From NCBI GenBank assembly GCA_963826115.1, contig CAWGVS010000005.1, positions 352,001-416,000 of the forward strand: a DNA stretch of 64,000 bases. The letters run 5' to 3'. The DNA comes from an uncultured Candidatus Rokubacteria bacterium (lineage in GTDB: Bacteria; Methylomirabilota; Methylomirabilia; Rokubacteriales; DASRDR01). The position numbers were made by a program, and so were the translations under genes. This document shows, in pieces, positions 57,971 through 64,000 of the stretch (position 1 is its first letter; the number at the start of each line of letters is the position of its first letter). The notes under the pieces were generated by a model. The model worked only from the letters and a program-made list of their open reading frames with translations. It was not told the origin of the DNA and did not search any database.

Positions 57971-57997
57971 GGGCGGCCCCGGATCCCGGAGCCGCCC
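57971..57997 (-). terminator. Hairpin downstream of the SYLF gene
   Basis: GGGCGGCUCCGG-GAU-CCGGGGCCGCCC, 12-bp stem with one G-U pair; no U-tract. Confidence 0.5.
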
Positions 57998-58018
57998 GGA
58001 TCTACTGGGAGGCTGCGC

Positions 58019-58738
58019 CTACTGCTTGCTGATGACGGGGCCGGTCGAGGCGGCGACGGTCTGGATGAATCCCAGCGCGACCGGCGGGACCGGGAGCGTC
58101 GTGCCGAGCAGGATCTCCTGGATCGTGTAGCCCCGCCCGTAGAGCGCCTGATTCCAGTCGTCGCGCGAGCGCACGCTCGCCCCCGAGAACGAGAGGCCGG
58201 CGAAGAGACCCTGCGTCCGCGAGTAGGTCAGGAGGTCGGTCGAGAACTTGAGGTCCGTCGACACCTCGCCGCGCGCGCCCGAGGGCCCCGCGGCTGCGGA
58301 GATGTCGGCGCCGATGGTGAACTCGCTCGAGAGGAGCCCGTTGAGGCCCTTCTGGGTCATCATCAGCAGCACCACGTCCGTGACCTCGGCGCCGATCTGA
58401 AATCCGACGCTCCCGCCGGCCATGCGGATGACCGCCGGCGGGCTCCAGGAGCCGTCCGCACGGCGGACCGTCACGACCCCGTCACCGGCGGTGCCGCCGA
58501 CCAGGAACGCGCCCTTCACGACCCCGGGGAACACGGCCACGGCCTGAGCCTTGGCCAGTACCTCGCGGGGAATGCCGGGTCCGCCCCCGTGGGGGACGTT
58601 GACCATCTCGTAGAGCGCGGTGGTGGCCCGGGCGAAGCTCGCGGCGAACTCCGGGCTCTGGGCGTCCGCGCGGACCACGCCGACGAGGAGCGCGGCCAGG
58701 ATGGCGAGAGAGAGACGTTGCCAGCTCTTGCTGCGCAT
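58019..58738 (-). CDS. Lipid-binding SYLF (Ysc84) domain protein
   Basis: Signal peptide; WSPP, GGSVGFQIGAE.TDVVL, AAAGPSG, YSRTQGLFAG. Confidence 0.9.
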   Translation of the reverse strand: MRSKSWQRLSLAILAALLVGVVRADAQSPEFAASFARATTALYEMVNVPHGGGPGIPREVLAKAQAVAVFPGVVKGAFLVGGTAGDGVVTVRRADGSWSPPAVIRMAGGSVGFQIGAEVTDVVLLMMTQKGLNGLLSSEFTIGADISAAAGPSGARGEVSTDLKFSTDLLTYSRTQGLFAGLSFSGASVRSRDDWNQALYGRGYTIQEILLGTTLPVPPVALGFIQTVAASTGPVISKQ

Positions 58739-58915
58739 GGTTTTCCCTCCAGAAAAAGTTGGGACCCGGCGAGCCAGCCGACGCACCGAGCGATCCGAGT
58801 CCATGCTGCCTCAGGGGCGGCCGGGCCCCCAAGCTTTTCGTGAGTCGCGGTATCATGGTTCCCGCGCGCGAGGTCGGGGAGCCGTCGATCCCGCCCATGC
58901 CCGCGAGCCGACACC

Positions 58916-60607
58916 ATGCCGACAGCCGAGCCGGGACCGCCTCCGAACTTCATCCGTACCGCCATCCAGGAGGACGCGCGGACGGGACGCTGGGAGGGAC
59001 GCGTCGTCACCCGGTTCCCGCCCGAGCCCAACGGCTACCTTCACATCGGGCACGCCAAGGCGATCTCGATCGACTTCGGTCTCGCGCGGGAGTTCGGCGG
59101 GACGTGCCACCTCCGGTTTGACGACACCAACCCGGTAAAGGAAGACACCGAGTACGTCGAATCGATCCAGGAGGACATCCGCTGGCTCGGCTACGACTGG
59201 GGGCCGCATCTCTACTTTGCCTCCGACTACTTCGAGCAGCTCTACCAGTGGGCGGAGGAGCTGATCCGGCGCGGCCTCGCCTACGTCGACGACCTCTCGG
59301 CCGAGGAGATCCGCCGGCACCGCGGCACCCTGACCGAGTCCGGCCGGAACAGCCCGTATCGCGACCGGTCGGTGGAGGAGAGCCTCGGCCTCTTCCGGCG
59401 CATGCGCGCGGGGGAGTTCCCGGACGGCGCGCGCGTCCTCCGGGCGAAGATCGACATGGCCTCGCCCAACATGAACATGCGCGACCCGACGCTCTACCGG
59501 ATCCGGCACGCCAGCCACCACCGGACGGGCGACCGCTGGTGCATCTATCCGATGTACGACTACGCTCACCCGCTGTCGGACTCGATCGAGCGGGTCACGC
59601 ACTCCCTGTGCTCTCTCGAGTACGAGGACCACCGGCCGCTCTACGACTGGGTGTGCGAGGCGCTCGGGATCTACCACCCGCAGCAGATCGAGTTCGCGCG
59701 CCTCAACCTCGCCTACACGGTGATGAGCAAGCGCCGCCTGCTGCGCCTGGTCCAGGAAGGCCTCGTCCGGGGGTGGGACGACCCGCGGATGCCGACCCTC
59801 GCCGGGCTCCGGCGCCGCGGGTACACGCCGGAGGCGATCCGCGACTTCGCGGAGCGCGTCGGGGTGGCGAAGGCCAACAGCCTCGTCGACATGGCGCTGC
59901 TCGAGCACTGCGTCCGGGAGGACCTCAACCGGCGCGCGGCCCGTGTCATGGCGGTTCTGCGGCCGGTCCGGCTCGTGATCGAGAACTACCCGGAAGGCCA
60001 GATCGAGGAGCTCGAGGCGGTGAACAACCCCGAGGACCCGGCGATGGGCGTCCGCGCGGTGCCGTTCTCGCACGTCCTCTGGATCGAGCGGGACGACGTC
60101 CGCGAGGTGCCGCCGCCCAAGTACTTCCGGCTCTTTCCGGGGAACGAGGTGCGCCTCCGCTACGCGTACATCGTCCGGTGCACCGGCGTGGTGAAGGATC
60201 CCGCCACCGGCGAGATCGTCGAGGTGCGGTGCACCTACGACCCGCAGAGCCGGGGCGGCCAGGCCGGGGAGGGGCGACGGGTGAAGGGCACCATCCACTG
60301 GGTCTCGGCGGCCCACGCGGTGACCGCGGAGGCGCGGCTCTACGACCGGCTCTTCACGGATCCGATCCCCGTCGACCAGGAGGGCCGGGACTTCACCGCG
60401 CTCCTGAACCCTGCCTCGCTGGACGTCGTGACCGACGCGCGCGTCGAGCCGAGCCTGGCCGGCGCCTCGCCGGGCCAGCGCTTCCAGTTCGAGCGGCTGG
60501 GCTACTTCGTCGTCGATCCTGACGCCACGGCCGGGCGGCTCGTCGTGAACCGCACCGTCGGCCTCCGGGACACCTGGGCCAAGATCGAGAAGGCGCCGGC
60601 GCGCTGA
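58916..60607 (+). CDS. glnS: Glutamine--tRNA ligase
   Basis: [55 protein letters not shown]. Confidence 0.96.
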   Translation: MPTAEPGPPPNFIRTAIQEDARTGRWEGRVVTRFPPEPNGYLHIGHAKAISIDFGLAREFGGTCHLRFDDTNPVKEDTEYVESIQEDIRWLGYDWGPHLYFASDYFEQLYQWAEELIRRGLAYVDDLSAEEIRRHRGTLTESGRNSPYRDRSVEESLGLFRRMRAGEFPDGARVLRAKIDMASPNMNMRDPTLYRIRHASHHRTGDRWCIYPMYDYAHPLSDSIERVTHSLCSLEYEDHRPLYDWVCEALGIYHPQQIEFARLNLAYTVMSKRRLLRLVQEGLVRGWDDPRMPTLAGLRRRGYTPEAIRDFAERVGVAKANSLVDMALLEHCVREDLNRRAARVMAVLRPVRLVIENYPEGQIEELEAVNNPEDPAMGVRAVPFSHVLWIERDDVREVPPPKYFRLFPGNEVRLRYAYIVRCTGVVKDPATGEIVEVRCTYDPQSRGGQAGEGRRVKGTIHWVSAAHAVTAEARLYDRLFTDPIPVDQEGRDFTALLNPASLDVVTDARVEPSLAGASPGQRFQFERLGYFVVDPDATAGRLVVNRTVGLRDTWAKIEKAPAR

Positions 60608-60695
60608 GCGCCGCCCGCCCCCTCCCGGGGCCCTCCGGGGTCGGTTTCACGGGCCTCCTCCTGCGGGGTTACAGGGACCGAGGAGGACGATCCGG

Positions 60696-60962
60696 ATGAA
60701 TCTCGAGGACGTTCACGTGGCGGGTGTGGGCGGGTTCGTCGTGGTCGGGACCCTGACGACGGTCGGCGCCGTCCTGGCGTCGCTGCTGGTGTCGAGCGTG
60801 GTCCAGGGTGCCCTGTACTTGGCGCGCTGCATTGCCCGGAGCCGGTCCGGCAGCGGGTCTCTCGCGACCCGCGCGCTCGGCGAGCGGCTGGCGGCACGAC
60901 TCGATCCCGAGGCCGAGCACGCGCTGCTCGCTCGGCAGGCCTGGCGGTGGCTTCGATGCTGA
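60696..60962 (+). CDS. Small hypothetical membrane protein
   Basis: GAGGAGG RBS before ATG; one long hydrophobic segment. Confidence 0.5.
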   Translation: MNLEDVHVAGVGGFVVVGTLTTVGAVLASLLVSSVVQGALYLARCIARSRSGSGSLATRALGERLAARLDPEAEHALLARQAWRWLRC

Positions 60963-61282
60963 TGGCACTGGGGCTTGCGACGCTCGTGGGCTGGGTTGCC
61001 GCGGTCGCGTTCGTGCTGACGCGCCTGGTCGACGCGCTCGAGGCGCGGCGGTTCCGGCGTATTGCCGCGCAGGTGCGGGTGACCGACGCCATCCACGCCG
61101 CGCTCGGCGCGGTGGTGGCCCCCACGGTCTCGGGACGCGGAAAGCGCCCGTGGAGCGTGACCATCGGCCTCGAGCCGACGCAGGTCTCGCTGGCGGGACG
61201 CCTGACCGAGGTCGTTCGCCTGGCGCTCGGGCAGGGCGAGGAGGGCGTCCGGGTCGTGTTCGTTCCGCGCGGGAGCGCGTAA
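60956..61282 (+). CDS. Small hypothetical membrane-anchored protein
   Basis: N-terminal TM then RIAAQVRVTDAIHAALGAVVAPTV...PW; overlaps the upstream stop. Confidence 0.55.
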   Translation: MLMALGLATLVGWVAAVAFVLTRLVDALEARRFRRIAAQVRVTDAIHAALGAVVAPTVSGRGKRPWSVTIGLEPTQVSLAGRLTEVVRLALGQGEEGVRVVFVPRGSA

Positions 61283-61340
61283 CCGGGACGGGGCGGGCGG
61301 CTCGCTCGCCGGCGCCCCACACGGACGGGAGACCGAGTCT

Positions 61341-62300
61341 TTGGCGCACGCGCGTCGGTTCCGATTCGGCGTGATCCACGAGGACCCCAAGCCGCTCGCG
61401 CCGTGGGCGAGCCATCTCCGGCGGATCGAGGACCTCGGGTTCTCGACGCTTCTGGTCCGCGACCACTTCGTCCCGGACTTCTTCGGCGACCAGCCCGCGC
61501 CCCTGATCGCCCTCGCAAACGCGGCGGGACTCACGACGCAGCTCCGGCTGGGGACGATGGTGCTCGCCGTCGACTACCGGCATCCGGTGATGCTCGCCAA
61601 GGAAGCGGCCACGCTCGACCTCGTGTCTGGCGGCCGGCTGGAGCTCGGTCTCGGCGCGGGCTGGCTCCGCCGCGAGTACGAGAGCGCCGGCCTCGGCTTC
61701 GACCCGATCGGCACCCGGATCGAGCGCCTCGAGGAGACGGTCCGGATCCTCGACGGCCTGTTCGGGGACGGGCCGTTCTCGTTCGCCGGGAAGCACTACG
61801 CGGTGAGCGCGATCGAGGGGTTCCCGAAGCCGGCGCAGCGCCCGCGCCCGCCGATCCTGATCGGGGGCGGGCGGCGCCGGGTGCTGAGCCTGGCGGGCCG
61901 CTCGGCCGACATCGTCGGTATCCTGACGACCTCGGTCGCGACCGGCACGGTGGTCGACGAGGCCGCCGAGCGGCTCGCCGGCGCCGTCGCCGAGAAGCTC
62001 TCCTGGGTCGCGGAGGGCGCGGGCGACCGCTACGCCGACATCGAGCTCAGCCTGATTCCCACGCTCCGGTTCACGGAGGACCGCGTGGGCGCGGCGGCCG
62101 AGCTCATCCGGGCGCGCGGCTGGCGCGGCGTGACGCCGGCCGACGTCCTGGAGATGCCGTCGGTGCTCGTGGGCTCGCTGAGCGAGATCGCCGACGTGAT
62201 GGAGGAGCGCCGCGCCCGCTACGGGTTCTCGTACTACGTCGTGTCGGACCGGCAGCTCGACGACGTCGCGCCCTTGGTGGCGCGGCTGGCCGGACGGTAG
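61341..62300 (+). CDS. LLM class oxidoreductase (F420-dependent-like)
   Basis: RRFRFGV, VRDHF, DYRHPVMLAKEAATLD..SGGRLELGLGAGW, RYGFSY. Confidence 0.88.
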   Translation: MAHARRFRFGVIHEDPKPLAPWASHLRRIEDLGFSTLLVRDHFVPDFFGDQPAPLIALANAAGLTTQLRLGTMVLAVDYRHPVMLAKEAATLDLVSGGRLELGLGAGWLRREYESAGLGFDPIGTRIERLEETVRILDGLFGDGPFSFAGKHYAVSAIEGFPKPAQRPRPPILIGGGRRRVLSLAGRSADIVGILTTSVATGTVVDEAAERLAGAVAEKLSWVAEGAGDRYADIELSLIPTLRFTEDRVGAAAELIRARGWRGVTPADVLEMPSVLVGSLSEIADVMEERRARYGFSYYVVSDRQLDDVAPLVARLAGR

Positions 62301-62377
62301 GTAGAGTCTCGCCGGGGCTCCGCCGGAACAGCACGTGCCCTCGCGGGCCCAGGATCTTCTAGTAGGCGGCCTCCGCC

Positions 62378-63472
62378 TCAGTACCGGTCGGGATCGAGAT
62401 CGAGGAGCGGGAACGCGCTCACGGCCGACGGCGCCGCGACCGGCGTCTCGGGGTGGAGATAGCTCCGGTCGAGCTCGGCGAAGCTCGTCACGCCCAGGAG
62501 CCCAAGGGCGAGGCGGACCTCCTCCTCGAGGAGCTCCAGCACGCGGACGAGCCCCGCGTCGCCGGCCGCGGCCAGCCCCATGCACGCGATCCGCCCGAGG
62601 CCGACGACCTCGGCGCCGAGCGCGACCGCCTTGATGATGTCGGTGCCCCGCACGAAGCCGCCGTCGACCCACACCTTCGCGCGGCCCCCGACGGACTGGA
62701 CGACCTCGGGCAGGACCGCGAGGCTTCCCCGGCCGTGGTCGAGCTGGCGTCCCCCGTGGTTCGAGACGTAAACGACCTCGACCCCGTGGCGGCACGCGAT
62801 GTCCGCGTCCTCGGCGGTCGCGATGCCCTTCAGGACCAGCGGCACGTCCGGGTGGGTGTCCTTGAAGCGCTTGACCTGGTCCCACGACAGGCTGCGCTGG
62901 TACTCGAGACCGGTGGCCGAGGCCCGCCAGGACTTCACGAATCGGCGAGCCAGATCGCGCTCGCGCCGGCTGTAGTACGCGCTGTCCACGGTCATGCAGA
63001 AGCCTCGATAGCCGTGGTCCCGCGAGCGGCGGACCCAGTCGTCCACCACGGTGTCGTCGCCGCGGACGTAGAGCTGGAAGATGCGGTGGTTCTCGGCCGC
63101 CTCGGCAGTGGCCTCCAGGCCGGGGTTGCACGCGGAGCTCAGCATCTGCGGGATGCCGAAGCGCGCGGCGGCCTTCGCCGCGGTGGCGGCCCCGCCCGGC
63201 GTGAACGACTCGATCGAGCCGATGGGCGCCAGCATCACCGGGAGGCGCACCGGCTGGCCGAGCCACGTGCCTCCCGAGTCGACGCGGTTCACGTCCCGGA
63301 GGACCCGGGGCCGGAAGGCGACGGAGTCGAGCGCCTGCCGGTTGCGGCGGAGCGTCGTCTCCGTCTCGGTGCCGCCCACCAGGTAGTCCCAGGGGCCCGG
63401 AGCCAGGGCACCGCGCGCCGCATGGACGATCTCGTGGAGCGTCTGGAATCGGTCCTCGAGTCCGGAGGTCAT
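62378..63472 (-). CDS. FMN-dependent alpha-hydroxy acid oxidase/dehydrogenase
   Basis: FRPRVLRDV, FQLY, TVD, VLKG, SNHGGRQLD, DGG..RGTD..KA.ALGA. Confidence 0.92.
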   Translation of the reverse strand: MTSGLEDRFQTLHEIVHAARGALAPGPWDYLVGGTETETTLRRNRQALDSVAFRPRVLRDVNRVDSGGTWLGQPVRLPVMLAPIGSIESFTPGGAATAAKAAARFGIPQMLSSACNPGLEATAEAAENHRIFQLYVRGDDTVVDDWVRRSRDHGYRGFCMTVDSAYYSRRERDLARRFVKSWRASATGLEYQRSLSWDQVKRFKDTHPDVPLVLKGIATAEDADIACRHGVEVVYVSNHGGRQLDHGRGSLAVLPEVVQSVGGRAKVWVDGGFVRGTDIIKAVALGAEVVGLGRIACMGLAAAGDAGLVRVLELLEEEVRLALGLLGVTSFAELDRSYLHPETPVAAPSAVSAFPLLDLDPDRY

Positions 63473-63635
63473 GGGCCCATCCTTTGCGGGTCGGTGGCCA
63501 CGCGGCGCGATTGCCCGCCGCTCGACGTTCGACGGTACACGGAAACCCGGGCGGGCGCCAACCCCGGACCCGAATCGCCGAGCTTCGCCCCACCCACCGT
63601 CGGCGCCCCACCCGGCGGTGTGACGGCGACCGCCG

Positions 63636-63680
63636 CAAGTCAGTGATTTCTCGGCGATCCCCGCTGGCACCGTTCTCGCC
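63636..63680 (+). promoter_or_regulatory. Putative sigma-54 promoter with an upstream IHF-like site
   Basis: TGGCACCGTTCTCGCC (63665-63680) keeps GG/GC spacing; AATCACTGACTTG on the minus strand (63636-63648) is one mismatch from WATCAANNNNTTR. Confidence 0.55.
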
Positions 63681-63785
63681 ATTGCCCCGATCCGGGTGGC
63701 GCGACTGCGCGCCGCGCGACACGGTCTCCGAGAACCGGCGGGACGCTGGGTGGGCCGGCTCCCGCCGCGAGAAAGGACGAGGGCG

Positions 63786-64000
63786 ATGAGGACGAGAGCG
63801 ATCAGGAGTCTGGGCCTCCTTCCGCTGCTGTTGCTGGGCGCCGCGTGCGGCAAGGGTGGGGGCGGGGGCAGCGCGTCTTCGGCCGCCACCGCGACGGACG
63901 CGAACGCTCCGGTGATCACGAACCTGCGCGTGTCCTACGGGGCCGGCTGCACGCTCTCCAGCATCCAGGCGCGGGGCACGATCGAGATCGTGAGCTTCGA
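63786..64000 (+). CDS. 5' part of a putative lipoprotein (runs off the window edge)
   Basis: MRTRAIRSLGLLPLLLLGAAC lipobox-like signal, Gly/Ser linker, then NAPVITNL; purine-rich RBS. Confidence 0.65.
   Translation, partial: MRTRAIRSLGLLPLLLLGAACGKGGGGGSASSAATATDANAPVITNLRVSYGAGCTLSSIQARGTIEIVSF

Noticed and set aside
60669-63722. 1017-aa minus-strand ORF and many similar long Arg/Pro/Gly-rich ORFs
   Set aside because: Stop-poor shadow frames expected at very high GC; no domain motifs and they overlap well-supported genes
1-64000. tRNA, rRNA, CRISPR arrays, IS elements, prophage
   Set aside because: None recognised; intergenic gaps are short and no transposase, integrase or phage motifs appear in the ORF track

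Overview
Very GC-rich (by eye about 70% or more), densely coding bacterial chromosomal window with about 70 genes. The gene mix (LLM oxidoreductases, amidohydrolases, enolase-superfamily enzymes, orphan ABC substrate-binding proteins, iorAB) resembles Candidatus Rokubacteria/Methylomirabilota genomes; that taxonomy is inference only. Housekeeping anchors are leuC, leuD, msrB, corA, glnS, pcp and an RNase HI. No rRNA, tRNA, CRISPR array, transposase or integrase was seen. Main observations: (1) a hidden selenoprotein candidate, an AhpC/TSA-like redoxin with an in-frame TGA at the first Cys of a CxxC motif and a SECIS-like hairpin 18 nt downstream (55155-55696); (2) a PEP-CTERM gene with a sigma-54 promoter and three enhancer-like boxes at an exact 22-bp period; (3) a coupled minimal nucleotidyltransferase plus small tandem-repeat protein pair resembling a toxin-antitoxin module; (4) a SAM methyltransferase between leuC and leuD; (5) two gene relics (phosphonopyruvate decarboxylase, SMP-30 tail); (6) seven +1 insertions in five genes between 43.9 and 55.5 kb, probably sequencing or assembly errors. 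All product calls come from motif recognition without database searches, and start codons are best estimates.
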